Origin: Eledone cirrhosa | Lineage: Eukaryota | Assembly: GCA_964016885.1 (NCBI GenBank) | Contig: OZ024747.1 | Location: 63,550,001 to 63,614,000, forward strand | DNA length: 64,000 nt | Direction of reading: 5' to 3' | Shown: positions 48,512-61,839 of the stretch, piece by piece | Position numbering within the stretch: position 1 is the first letter of the stretch | Layout of the letters: every line of letters starts with the position of its first letter | Notes under the pieces: generated by a model | Databases searched by the model: none | What the model saw: the letters and a program-made list of their open reading frames with translations, nothing else | Told to the model about the DNA's origin: nothing | Position numbers and translations under genes: made by a program

Positions 48512-51135
48512 TATCATCATCATCATCATCATCACCGTTTTACGTCCGTTCTTCCATGCTAGCACGGGTTAGACGGGTTGTCCTGTTGTGGGCAGTGTCT
48601 GGTCGGCTGACCATGCCTTGCTCATACAGGAACTAATTCTGGCTTGATTTCTACAGCTCGATGCCCTTCCTAACACCAACCTCATTTACAGTGAGTGCTG
48701 GGTGCTTTTTTCCGTGGCGCCTACACGTCCACTTTACAGTGTGGGTTGGGTGATTTTTTGCCGTGGCACCTCCACGACCACTTTGCATTGGGAGGGTGTG
48801 GGGGAATATTGTCTATATGCTTCAGCTTGTACCCATGGGAAGTCGGGTACCCTTACTGCATGACGCCAGAGGTCACGGTCGTGTGTCATCGCCTTTGAGA
48901 GGTGCAATTGGGTAAGGTCGGCTTTTATCACCTCATCCCAGGTCTTCTTGGGTCTCCCCAATCCGCGGTTTCCATTGACTTCTAGTGCTCTGCACCTTTT
49001 TATGCAGCTGTCATCCTTCATACGCATCATATGTCCATACCAACACAACCACCTCTCCTGCACACAGAATTTGATTATTCCTCTTATGCTCAGTCTCTCT
49101 CACAATTCATTTATGCTTTGCTGTTCGTGTATATTACTATTACACATCCATCAGAGCCTGCAGGCTTCGTTTCTTTCTAATCTACGTAAGTCTTCCACTT
49201 TCAGCGCCCAGGTCTCACTACCATGTAACATTGCTGTTCGTATACATGCATCATACAGTCTGCCTTTCATTTTGAGGGAAAAGCCTTTTGCAGCTAGCAG
49301 TGGCAGTAGTTCCCTAAACTTCTTCCATCCCGTTGTTACCCTAGTTATTGTACTTTCTGAACACCCACCTCCACTGCTAATTCGGTCACCTAGGTAGCAG
49401 AAGCTGTCTACTGTTTCTACAGAGCCCTCCCAGAGATTGGTGGTATTTGTTTCCTGTGACTGTTTGCTGCTTGCTGTCCCAGCACAGCTGCTACATGTGA
49501 ATCCTACATTCTTAATTAAGCTTCCTGAGATCCCGCTACATCTCTTGTGTACCCATTGTTTGCATTTGGGGCAGAGAATGGAGTTCCTATCTACACCTTT
49601 CCTACATACTGAGCAAGGCCATTTCCCTGAGGGGATCTGGGTTCTGTTTTCTAGTCTACTTACAAGGACCTTAGTCTTTGTCAGGTTGACTTTGAGACCC
49701 TTTCTGTCTAGTCCCTGCTTCCAAGTTTGGAATTTTTTCTCTAGTTCTACCATAGATTCAACTATAAGTGCGAGGTCATCTGCATACAGGAGTTCCCATG
49801 GGCATCCGGTCTTAACCTCCTCCGTTATTGCCTGCAGGACTATGATGAAGAGGAGAGGGCTAAGAACAGAGCCCTGGTGGACACCAACCTGTACCTAAAT
49901 TCCTCGTTATACTCATTGCTAATCCTAACTTTGCTGACTGCTTCCCTATACATGGCTTGTACAGCTTTCACAAGCCATTCATCTACTCCTAGTTTTCTAA
50001 GAGCCCACCAAATTATAGCACGTGGAACTCTATCAAAGGCTTTCTCAAGATCGACGAATGCCAGGTAGAGTGGCTTATTTTTAGCTAGGTACTTTTCCTG
50101 TAACTGCCTCACAAGGAAGAGGGCATCAGTGGTGCCTCTTTCTGGTACAAACCCATCTCATCTAGTTTCACCCAGTCCCTAATCAACTGTGCTATAACTC
50201 TTTCTGTTACTTTCATGACCTGGTCCATCAGCTTTATACCTCTATAGTTCACCTTTACCTTTGTAGCAGTTGACAATGATGCTACTGCACCAATCTTTTG
50301 GTATGACACCTTCTAGTATTCCCTAGTTAACAATACATGTGATTATAGTGTGACCTACAGACCCAGATGCCTTCAGCATCTCGGCAGCTATACCCGATAG
50401 ACCAGTTGCCTTCCCCATCTTCATATCTTTGATTGCCTTACTTACTACGCTGCTGCTGACTTGTACTGCTGGCCCCTCTATAGGGTCTACTTGGGGTAGG
50501 GTCTCTTCTTCTCATGATTTCTCCTCATTTAGTTATCTATCATAATGGCTCTTCCATGCATCTTTCTTCTCAGCACTTGTGAGGGCAAGCTCACCTTTAT
50601 CATTCCGGATACATTTCTCTCCAATGACATCACAATTCTCTCTGACACACTGCCTCGCAATCTTGAACACCTCCTGTTTCTGGTCCTCACGTTGCAAAAC
50701 ATGCTTGAATTTGAATGTAATGTACCCTGCTTCTCTTTCTTCCATTCTTTCCATGCCTGTCTCTTGGCCTTAACTGCCTCATCTACCTTATTGTTCCACC
50801 ACCAAGACACTCTCCTCCTGCTTGTGGTCTTACTCCAGCCACAGATCTCATCCGTCGCCTCTAGTAAGTTATTTTTTAGGAACTCCCAGTGCTCTTCTAC
50901 ATTGAATGTCTCTATCTGTTCTTCTTTACTGTCATAGGAGTTGAGTAAAATATCTTTAAATCTGTTACTGGCTGATTGGTCTTTCAGCTTCCATTTCTTT
51001 CTTCTCCTGGTTGGCCTCTGTTTCCAGGTTCGTCTAGTTCTGCCGTGAGGTCGCTGACAACTAAGCTATGTTGGGAGGTACATTCCTCACTAGGGAAGGC
51101 TTTTGTGTTTACGACCATCCATCTGTCACGTCCTC
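48512..51135 (-). mobile_element. 5'-truncated RTE LINE (about 2.6 kb), same family as 35790-39590, more decayed
   Basis: ORF pieces 50533-50754, 49840-50112, 49151-49753 and 48734-49063 match the RT, with several indels, the same 3' UTR and a (GAT)n tail. Confidence 0.96.
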
Positions 51136-52441
51136 TATATATATATGAGCATATACTTACATAGATTTGTAGCTCCTTATCTGAGAGAAATGATTCTAAA
51201 AATATTTTAGAAGAAGAATGCATCGTGTGGCATTGAAATAGGATTACATTGTTTCAGTGACCCATCCATTCCAATGTAAACTGCTCAAAGATCAACGAGA
51301 CACTCAATAGAAGTGTATGTGTGAATGTATTCTTCTAACACTACATATACATGAAATGGTAATATCTTTTCTGTGTCTCTGTACTGAAGGAGGCAAAAAA
51401 AAAGAGAAGATTGTTGCATCTATTATATCTATTTATAAGAGGAACAAAGGAAGCTGGTAAGAATACAAAACTATTTACAGAAATTCTAGCAATGTGCATG
51501 TCTGTAAACTTTGCTGAATAGCCATCATCATGAAAACATTGAGTTGATAAACACATACTTAGTAGAAATGCCATCAAAGACTACTTATTAGATATAATAT
51601 AGTTGAGTACCGTTTTCTTATACAAGAAAGTTGGTAAAAAGAACAGCACGTGATAACATTAGTAAGGAAGTGGTGAAACTACTATTACACTGTTGAAAAC
51701 TGACAAAAGAAATTCTCTTCATTATTACGTTTCTTATTAAATTACTGTTTTCAAAATTATTGATAGATAATAGCATAATATTCAGTTTTGTGGATTTATT
51801 ATTTTAACTGTAGTTCTTTTATATTAGTGAAGGCACGTGGCTAAGTGGTAAAAGAATTAGATTCAGAATCATGAGGTTGTAAGTCCAATTCTTGGACTGG
51901 GCGATGCATTATGTCCTTGAGCAAGACACTGTATTTCACATTGCTCCTTCTACCTTGAGTTGCGACTGATAGAAAGTATTGGCAATTAAAAGACCAATGG
52001 AAACATTGTTTCCTCGGTCTGATTTGACAAAAGTCAATCGACTATATATATATATACTTATCTATCTATCTACCTATCATTATCATATCATCATCATCAT
52101 CCTTTAATATTCCTTTTCCCAGCTAGCATAGAGAATTACTAACCACTAGACCACTTGAGAAATATATATATATATATATATATTCATTAAAAACAACAAC
52201 AGAAGGCTGGATTGGAAATAATTATAATTTTAATTTTAATTCCACATAAACACCATACATGTTTCAAAGGCCCAGCTTCATCAACAGAATATGATGCAAG
52301 ACCCAGATTATTTCATCAAGTGTTAATTGCAGAATTAGTTATATAAGAGAACAGGATTTGGGTGAACACAAACAGAAAATAGAAAATAGAGGATCAATTT
52401 TAATCTGGAGATGGCCCACTGATTCCGTGTTATTGTAAGTG

Positions 52442-52730
52442 ACAAGGCTGGTGCCTGTCATCAGTGGTCTGGTAGCAGAGGTACACACATGTGCCATTCT
52501 GGTTAGATCCATTCACAATAACCTCCACCTTATTTGATATGTCATAGAGAGAGGGTGTCTAAGGAACCTGGCACAGGTTGGACTCTGATCAACTTAGATC
52601 AATCAAAAGCTTTCGATAGATTCAATCATCGGTACCTGGCAGCAGTCCTCAAAACAGTGAGTTTTGGACCTTTTCACAGAAGATAGATTGCTGCAATACA
52701 CAGTAACATCTTTTCAGTGGTCAAAGTGTA
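52442..52730 (+). pseudogene. Tx1/L1-clade LINE RT fragment
   Basis: TRLVPVISGLVAEVHTCAILVRSIHNNLHLI*YVIE, then a frameshift to LINLDQSKAFDRFNHRYLAAVLKTVSFGPFHRR*IAAIHSNIFSVVKV. The LDQ.KAFDR..H.YL..VL...FG pattern is typical of Tx1/L1 RT. Confidence 0.8.
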
Positions 52731-53829
52731 CATATGCATCACATCCATCATCTACTACCAACTGACTATCATGCCTTGTCATGGTCCACATCTGACCACT
52801 CTGGAGTGTTTGCTCTTTTGCTTTTTGTGGAAGGGACATGTGGCAATGATCAGGCAGTCTATTTGCTGCCAACACCCACTGATGAAAGTGTTTGGATCAT
52901 GATTGCAAAGTTGTGACCTCAATTCCTGGTAGTGCACTGTGTCCTTGAGCAAGGCACTTTATTTCACATTGCTCCAGCTCACACAGCTGCCAAAAATAAG
53001 AAGGGCTGTGGATTGTCAGCATCATTAGAGTATCAAACAAATGCTTTCTGTATTATACCTCTTTACATACTGAATTGTAATCCCACTCAAGTCAACTTTT
53101 CCATTCATCCTTTTAGTGTTGATAAAATAATAAACCAGTTATGTACTGGGGTCAATATAATCAATTTTCTCATTCGCTCAAATTGCTGGCCTTGTGCCAA
53201 TGCTAGAAAGAATAATTATTGTTGTTATTTAAATAGAAAAAAATATGAAAATGAGAACTTTTTGAGAAATTGTATATATTTAATGAGTGTTATATGCAAA
53301 CTTTAAAGTGTAATTGAATTCAGTAGTTTAGTTTCTATGAAACATTTTAAAATATGTGGTTTGCATTGTTTTGAGAAAGCCAGTAAAATTCAAGTGAGAA
53401 ATTGTAAAATAAAACCTAAAGTAAGACAAATAAAATATTTTACTTTATATTTCATGACTTACAACATAAAATTATGAATTGTTATTTTGTTTTGTCTGTC
53501 TTATTATAATCAAGTTTACATTTCTTTATTTCTAAATTACATTGTACTGGCATTCCCGAAAAAAACTTTACTCCAATTTAATTATCTGAAAAATGAAAAA
53601 TATGTTTATATATTTATAATTTAATAATTTATTAAAATTTATTAACTCTAAAATTTGATATAATTGTAAATAAATTAATTCTATGTTCATTTTTAAAAGC
53701 AAATATTACTAATGCTAAATATTTCTCATGATAAAATGTACATAATATTTGCTTAATAATATTAATAGATGGCGGTGGGAATGGACTAAAGTGGTGTTTA
53801 TTAGATGATGGATGGTACCACAACCTCCT

Positions 53830-54190
53830 ACTACATATTTTAAACCATAGAAACTATGGCAATGTGGGTTTAAGAAGACACCTAATTGTGTGGAAGATAT
53901 GACAGCCTAAATAGTGCTGGTGGCATGATAAAATGCACCCAGTACTCTGCAATATACTTGATATTCAGCCATAAAAAACTATGGCAAAGCAGGTTTAATA
54001 AGGCACTTAATTGTGTGAAAGACATGACAAACTGACTAGTGCTGGTGCCATGATAAAATGCACCCAGTACACTCTGTAATGTACTTGATATTCAGCCATA
54101 AAATCCATGGCAAAGCAGGTTTAATAGGGCACTTAATTGTGTGAAAGACATGGAAAGTTCACTAGTGCTAGTACCATGATAAAATGCATC
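53830..54190 (+). repeat. Three diverged tandem units of about 120-130 bp, with an inverted copy at about 54640-54810
   Basis: ctatggcaaagcaggtttaata.ggcacttaattgtgtgaaagacatg...tagtgctggtgccatgataaaatgcacccagtac is repeated. Confidence 0.75.
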
Positions 54191-55856
54191 TTCAAGCAGT
54201 AAGGATCTGTGGTATTGTTATAGTATGCCTATTGTGGTAGATAAGGCATGCCTCCATTTTACATACAACATTTCCAATCATCATCATCATCTGTTTTTCC
54301 ATGCTGGTATGGGTTGGATTGGTTGTAACCAACCAAATCAATACATAATTGAAGCTATTGTTCTCCTAAATTGGCTGAGAACCACAACTTGCTTACACGC
54401 ATATTTTGACTTGGTTTCTACACCTGAATGTCCTTATTATTACCGGTGGATTGGCAGTATCGGTAGAGAGTCGGACACCATGCTTTGCAGCATAGTCATG
54501 TCCCTTTACGGTCTGAGTTCAAATCCTGCCGGGGTTGATAAAATAAAGCACCAGTACTGTACTGGGGTCAATTTAATCGACTTTCCTCTTCCCCCAAATT
54601 ACTGGCCTTGTGCCTATAGTAGAAATCATTATTACCAACTATTTTGCAGAGTGTACTGGGTACATTTCATCATGGCACTAGCACTAGTGAGGCTGTCATA
54701 TCTTCCATACAGTTAAGTGTCCACATAAACCTGCTTTGCCATGGTTTCTATGGCTGATTAACAACCACATTAAAGTGTGTATTGGGTGCATTTTATCATA
54801 GCACAAGTGGTATGGTGTTTGTCAGACTGTTGACTTCATAGAAATTACCAAGAGCATTTTATAGTGGCACCAGCACCCGGATGGGGAAGGAGGTTAGTTT
54901 GTTTCCATGCAGAGATGTAGGAGAATGAGAATAAAGGGTATAGGGTTGTATGAGGAAAGTGTTGGGGTAAAACAGAATGACATAAAGAATAAAATGGGAG
55001 GAGTTAACATATGAGAAAAATGAGGAGGTCCAGTAGTTAATTCAGCTGCTGGCTTTAAACATGTTTTCATAGAAAAATATGTAAGTTATATAATAGTATA
55101 AATGGTTATTGGTGAGAGGCATTTTCTGCAAAGCTTTATCAGTAAAAGAAATAAATATAAAAGAATTTGTATTTAATCCAAATATAAAACAAAACTAAAC
55201 TAAATAACCCAATCAAAGAATGGAGAGATTAATTTCCTTAATAATGCTGAAGATTGAAGATGTTAAGACTCTGTAATAAGGCCTGAGGGATTTAATCTTA
55301 GTTAAGCCTCGAGCTTGTGTGAGAACTTTCAAATTAATATCTTGTAAATCATTGTTTGTTCCAGTAATACATTGGATAAGATGGTAAACTTCTTGTTTCT
55401 CTTTAGGGAAAAATCCGAAAACTGTTTATCAAAAATAAAATAAAATAAAAAAAAATATATGAAATTGTTTCTCTCAGACACATTGTTTTTAAGAAGGAAA
55501 GAAACTGAAATGTCATTGTTTTCGATATAGAATTAATTGTGCTGATGAAAGCAAAATTAATGTTTCTAATCTATCAGAGTAATGCTATTGTATAGAATAT
55601 ATATAATCCAGCCACAGTTGTTACAAACAGACAAAGCTAGATTAAATCTGTCAATTTTAAAAATCTTTTGTAAGGATTAATAATTGAAATATATAAATAA
55701 ATTTCTTATTGAGAAATGTTCAAAGATTCAACAATTAATATTTGGATAGAAACAACAATATATTGTAGTTGACAGCGGGTTCATTTATTTATTTATTTAT
55801 CTATTGTTTAGTTAGAGAAAGTCAGATCCATCATAACACTTTCCAGGACCTCTAGG

Positions 55857-56105
55857 CAGGGCTGGATTCAATGGGGCCAAAGGGGGCAATTTATTTGTGC
55901 CCTTAGCTGGGCTTTTACGTTTTAGGATGGTTAGAATTTTTAAATTTAATACCTGTATGTATAACTTTCCAATTACAATTTCTTGTGCCAAGCTAACTTT
56001 GATATGTAAAATTGGCAGGGTTTGCTGTGTATTCTAATTTATTGCGGATGAGGTTCCCCCAAACCTGAAGTGCCCCGGGCCCCCAAAGTTCTAAATCCAA
56101 CCCTG
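55857..56105. mobile_element. hAT-like MITE
   Basis: TIRs cagggctggatt / aatccaaccctg and an 8-bp TSD cctctagg (55849-55856) / cctctggg (56106-56113). Confidence 0.8.
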
Positions 56106-56209
56106 CCTCTGGGACTGATCGGGCCCCCAAAGTTCTAAATCCAACCCTGCCTCTGGGACTGATCGGGCCCCCAAAGTTCTAAATCCAACCCTGCCTCTGG
56201 GACTGATCG
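56076..56209. repeat. 44-bp perfect tandem triplication spanning the MITE right end, TSD and flank
   Basis: cgggcccccaaagttctaaatccaaccctgcctctgggactgat repeated three times. Confidence 0.95.
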
Positions 56210-57864
56210 ATGGAGAAATGTATCTTCCAATCAGAGCCCTAGCCCAAATATTTGCAACAGAGTAAGACTTTAATAAAATCACACACCCAATGACAAAGTG
56301 TTTGTTCTAAACAAGTAGGTGATTGAGGGATTTGAACTTAGAACACAAAGAATTGAAATAAATACCATCTTACATCCTAACAATTCCACCCAATCTACTG
56401 CTCTAGATTAGTACTTTATTTTAACAGCCCAGAAATGAGGAAAGACAAAGTTGACAACTATGGGGTTTGAACTCAGAGTACAAAAAGACAAAACAAATAC
56501 AAGACAATTTTCCCCATGTTCTAACTACTCTGCTAATCGCAGCCTAAATATTTATCAAAACACCACAAAACCAATCAAACTATTAACTCTCTCATTGAAA
56601 TCTAGATATAATATTAGTTCACACGTATGACTGAGTAAAGAAGTTTGCATTATAATCATAAGGTTATGGGTCCTATCACTCTGCTTGAAAATTATTGTGT
56701 ACAGTGCTCAGGTGCACTACAACTCATCAAAGGTGCATGTATAGTGCATAGAATAATGTACAAAAGTCAGGAAAATGAACAATGTATGAGTTATGATATA
56801 TCTTTATCATAGCCTTAGACCAGCTCAAGGTTGGTAGATGGGAGCTGTGTGAAAGTCCATTGGATTGATTTTTACCTGTAATGTCAGAAGTTGAGTCACA
56901 CTAATTTCTGCCTGAGGTTCACATTAAAGTTATACATGTCTGTGGAAAACACAACCACTAAGATGTTAATTCATGAGATTGACAGTCAATTAGTGAAACA
57001 GCTGAATGCTCTACATTGGAACCAATGAAGGATCCATACTCCTCATCATCAACATCATCAACATTACTAGTATGAGCATTATTTCACCCTCTGGCAGTTA
57101 TTTATTTCAACCTCCAGAAAACTCAGTTATACAAATCAGGTATTTTTTATTTCTTCTTAGTACTAGAATACTGGCTAATCCACACTTCACAAAATATTTC
57201 TCTTGCTTAAAGTTCCAAATCTACATGTTCATTTCCAATGCCTTTAGGTTAAATTTAGTTAAAAGCTAGCGTAATACACTGTTATATCCTTAGATAATAA
57301 CAGAAAAGAAAGTTTTAAGTTTGCTAAAATAAGTTGTAATATTTTTAGACATTTCTTCCAAAGATTCATTTTCATTTATAATCCTGGGAACAAATGTTTC
57401 TTCTGAGTTAACCACTGAACAGACTGTTTGATGCTTTGATTGAAAATATTTTAAATTCAAAGATAGTGTGCAGCAACATTACACAGCTACTGAGTGGCAA
57501 CAGTTTGATGTGTCTGACACCAATATAGCAACTGCAGCACTGTGCACCCATGCAGTTTAGAGAGAATTAGGAACATAGTTCAAGATAAACCAACAACTTA
57601 TACTAAATAGATCTAACTAGATTTTTCAACACTAGTTAATTTAGATTGTGATCAAACACTTTCTTTTAAAACATATAATGGTGGAATATACTGAATTAGC
57701 ATACTTCTTAAGTATTCAGCCATGCTTAAGACATGGGTAAGAGTATAACTGTGAGGGTAAGATAGGTAAAAATATGGCTTTACATATATATATATATATC
57801 AACTGACTTTGGTCTCTGATCTTTTAATAATAATAATAATAATATAATAATAATAATAATAATA

Positions 57865-58252
57865 ATAATTGTTTCTACTTTTGGCACAAGGCCAGCAATT
57901 ATCCAGTACATGACTGGTACTTTATTTTATCGACCCCGTAAGGATGAAAGGCAAAGTTAACCTTGGCGGCATTTGAACTCAGATCATAAAGGGACATAAC
58001 TCTATGCATCAAAGCATGGTATCCGACTCTCTACCGATACTGCCAATCCACCGCATAATAATAATAATTGTTTCTCCTTTAGGCACAAGGCCAGCAATTA
58101 CCCAGTGCATTACTGGTACTTTATTTTATCGACCCCGTAAGGATGAAAGGTAAAGTCAACCTCGGCGGGATTTGAACTCAGATCATAAAGGGACGTAACT
58201 ATGCTGGAAAGCATGTCGTCCGACCCTCCACCGATACTGCCAATCCACCGCA
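57865..58252 (-). mobile_element. Tandem dimer of SINE family A
   Basis: Two complete copies (about 57865-58055 and 58067-58252) separated by (AAT)n. Confidence 0.88.
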
Positions 58253-58544
58253 TAATAATAACAATAATATATATATATGTGTGTGTGTGTGCGTGCATAC
58301 ATCTTAGGGGCTCCATATGCTGCAAGGAAAGTAATGCATTTAGGAGAGGAATCACTGAATAAAAGGTTGTACAAGGTAGAAATGACTCTTAAGTCATGGC
58401 AGGCACCCTTGAACAGCATTGGTGGTGTTGAGAGGGGAGGCTGGTATGCATGGATGACTGCTGGCTTCTATAAATAATCTTGCCCAGACTTGACCCTCAG
58501 AGTGGAACTTTCCTTTCTAGGTGTAAATCTCATGGTCGTTACCC

Positions 58545-58604
<60 letters not shown>

Positions 58605-59685
58605 AAGTAAACAGAAGTAACCAAGCAAACAACACAATACAATGAAGAAATATATTTGTTTAACACTTGAAATAATAAGAAAAGAGTCTTGATATTTCGA
58701 ACACTAGTTCTTTACCAGAAGATAGAATGAGAAATAAAAGATGAAAAGATAAAGAGTGAGAAGAGCAAGGTATGAAAAAAGAAAATTGAGGGAAAAAAAA
58801 ACCCAGAGACTATATATATAGTGAAAAGTTAGTGCATGGTGGCTGAGTTGATGTGGTTATGTATCTCAGACTCTAGCTTTCTATTTCAGACATTTTGTTT
58901 CTAATGTAGCAGTATCTCCAATACAGAAATACAGATGCCATTTAATGCCATAAATAACATCACTTCACTTCTCAGCTTCACTGAACTTAGTCAATCCATT
59001 CAGCTATTAGTGAATTGCACCTCATCTACTTAACCAATAATTGATTCTAGCCAATTACTTTTAAAATCAACATTATTTTGATATATAATTTTCTATAAAT
59101 TGAAATATTGATATAATTTTTGTTTTAACTTTCTAAGAGATTGTTTTTGTTTCTTTATAGTGTTGTAAAAATAGTGTAGTTTTTTAAGTTTCTCCTCCTC
59201 CTACTACTGTTGCTAATGATGTAACAGTGTGTGTACATTTATTTGTGCCTTAGTGGTTCAAAGTTTTGACTCACAATTGTAAGGTCATGAATTTGATTCC
59301 TTACAGCACATTGTGTCCTTAAGGAAGACACTTTATTTCACATTGCTCCAGTCCACTCATTGGCAAAAATCAGTTGTATCTGCAATTTAAAAGGTCAGTT
59401 TGCCATGTACTGTGTATGATACACTGAATTTCCCTGAGAACTACATAAGGGTGCAAATGACTGCAGAATATTCAACAGGCTGTTCCATTGTTTGAACAAC
59501 TGAAACACTCATCATAGGAACTGACAAACCATACAACAACAACAATATATACTTTAATTTTCATTCATTATTTTTAATGGCAGTATCGGTAGAGGGTCGG
59601 ACACGATGATTTGACGTATAGAGTTACAGGCCCTTGCCATTCTGAGTTCAAATCCCACCGAGGTTAACTTTGCCTTTCATCCTTA

Positions 59686-60100
59686 CACACAAGGATACAG
59701 TGGACCTATCCCAAGCCAGATAAACACAGAGATGCAGCATATCTATTTCAAGCCAGATACACGCAAGGATACAGTGGACCTATCCCAAGCCAGATAAACA
59801 CAGAGATGCAGCATATCTATTTCAAGCCAGATACACACAAGGATACAGTGGACCTATCCCAAGCCAGATAAACACAGAGATGCAGCATATCTATTTCAAG
59901 CCAGATACACGCAAGGATACAGTGGACCTATCCCAAGCCAGATAAACACAGAGATGCAGCATATCTATTTCAAGCCAGATACACACAAGGATACAGTGGA
60001 CCTATTTTAAAGCAGATATACACAGGGATGCAGTGTACCTATTATAAACCAGACATACTTTGTGATTCAGTGTATTTATTCTAAATCAGATGCACACAGA
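59686..60100. repeat. 74-bp minisatellite (dimer of 37-bp subunits), about 4 perfect units then decaying, replacing the 3' half of a SINE A (59577-59685)
   Basis: aaggatacagtggacctatcccaagccagataaacacagagatgcagcatatctatttcaagccagatacac(a/g)c with period 74. Confidence 0.92.
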
Positions 60101-60841
60101 ACAATATCCACTACAATAGCTATTAAAGTTAGTTTCATTAGTTTTTAAATCTCGTAATATCTCCAGATACTTAAATTCTCTGACTCATTAACTACAACAT
60201 AAGAAACTAGAAGCAATTCTTGGAATATCAAGAAAATACTGTCTAGAATTGGTAAATAATTGGTATAGGTAGATAAGTAGAAAGTTTTAAACTGGAAGCA
60301 CACAAGTTTCAATTATTTTTAGACACACTAATGGGAATTTTTGGTAAAAATTGTTAAATTATCTACAAATATTTCTGATTTTCCTGTTTCTTATTAAAAA
60401 TTAATTTTCAGCAATTGCATTTATTTTTTATTTGAGGAGTTCTCCAGGTATGAATGTGTGATGTATGTATATATTCCAGTACTGAAAAATACAGACATAA
60501 AATGATGTTGATCATCATCATCCTAATTATTCCATGTCATTTTAGGTGTTCAGTCTATCACTCTCTGCCCTTCCCTCTTTCTTTTGTTGCTTAATAATCC
60601 TTGCCTTATCCCTCCTTTTCTTCTCATTTATAGCATTTATAGGTTTTCCAATTTCTCTCTCTTGCATGTGTGTATGTATATATATATATATATCAGATGG
60701 TTGGTGTTAGGAAGGGCATCCAGCTGCAAAAAACGCTGCCAAAATGTAGCTCCATTTGAGTAAGGTACAGCATGGCCAACTAATTTGCATCGAGGGGTTG
60801 TTGGTTAGCAATCAATATTATTTTATAGATCGATATTTACA

Positions 60842-60880
<39 letters not shown>

Positions 60881-60883
<3 letters not shown>

Positions 60884-61461
60884 TGTTATACTTTGGGAGG
60901 GTCATGTTGCCAATAAGAAACACACGCACCAGTTGCTTTCACTTCAATTTAATTTAATATATATTTATAAATTTACAAATTTATAAATTTCTGGTTGGTT
61001 GGTTGGTTCCACAACCAGATAGTTGTTTATATATATATAGTCATAGTTCTTTCGTCACACACTCTGTGACCTCTTCAGTGACTGGGGATTTCTTTCTTCG
61101 TTTCTGTGCCTTTCCTTTCTTCTATCCTACGCCATTTTGATGACAAACAAAATGGCGTAGGATAGAAGAAAGGAAAGGCACAGAAACGAAGAAAGAAATC
61201 CCCAGTCACTGAAGAGGTCACAGAGTGTGTGACGAAAGAACTATGACTATATATATATAAACAACTATCTGGTTGTGGAACCAACCAACCAACCAGAAAT
61301 TTATAAATTTGTAAATTTATAAATATATATTAAATTAAATTGAAGTGAAAGCAACTGGTGCGTGTGTTTCTTATTGGCAACATGACCCTCCCAAAGTATA
61401 ACAATATCGGTTTCAACACACGATCTCAGATAAAGAATCTTGCTAAACAAATTCAGAAACG

Positions 61462-61464
<3 letters not shown>
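60881..61464. mobile_element. Fold-back remnant of family P1: 259-bp arms, 8-nt spacer, about 58-nt extension
   Basis: Arms 60881-61139 and 61148-61406 appear perfectly complementary, with (TA)n on both sides. Confidence 0.92.
61204..61248 (+). ncRNA. Minimal hammerhead ribozyme (mirror copy on minus strand at 61039-61083)
   Basis: agtca CTGAAGA g gtcaca-gagtg-tgtgac GAAA gaac TA tgact. Confidence 0.78.
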
Positions 61465-61536
<72 letters not shown>

Positions 61537-61839
61537 TACACATAAATGTATGTATACACACACACACACACACACGTGTGTGTGTGTGTGTATTTTCGCC
61601 CCCTCACACATCCCTAATTCACTTACCTTGTCCAACAATGTCAAGATTGAAAGTGATTGCCATTAGGAATGGCATTTAGCTATAGATACCAATCCCCAAC
61701 ACTTACACAGATAAGACATGTCCATCTGACTAGTCTAGCCACAGTATATGACAATTTGTCTAACTCCTGCAAGCATGGAAATAGACATTAAACAATGTTG
61801 ATGATGAGCATGATACTATTATCTTTTTTTTTTACCTAG

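Noticed and set aside
57450-57560. Short open frame DSVQQHYTATEWQQFDVSDTNIATAALCTHAV as a possible next exon
   Set aside because: Weak acceptor, no donor before the stop, and no resemblance to the expected L27 continuation (LLxxHD).
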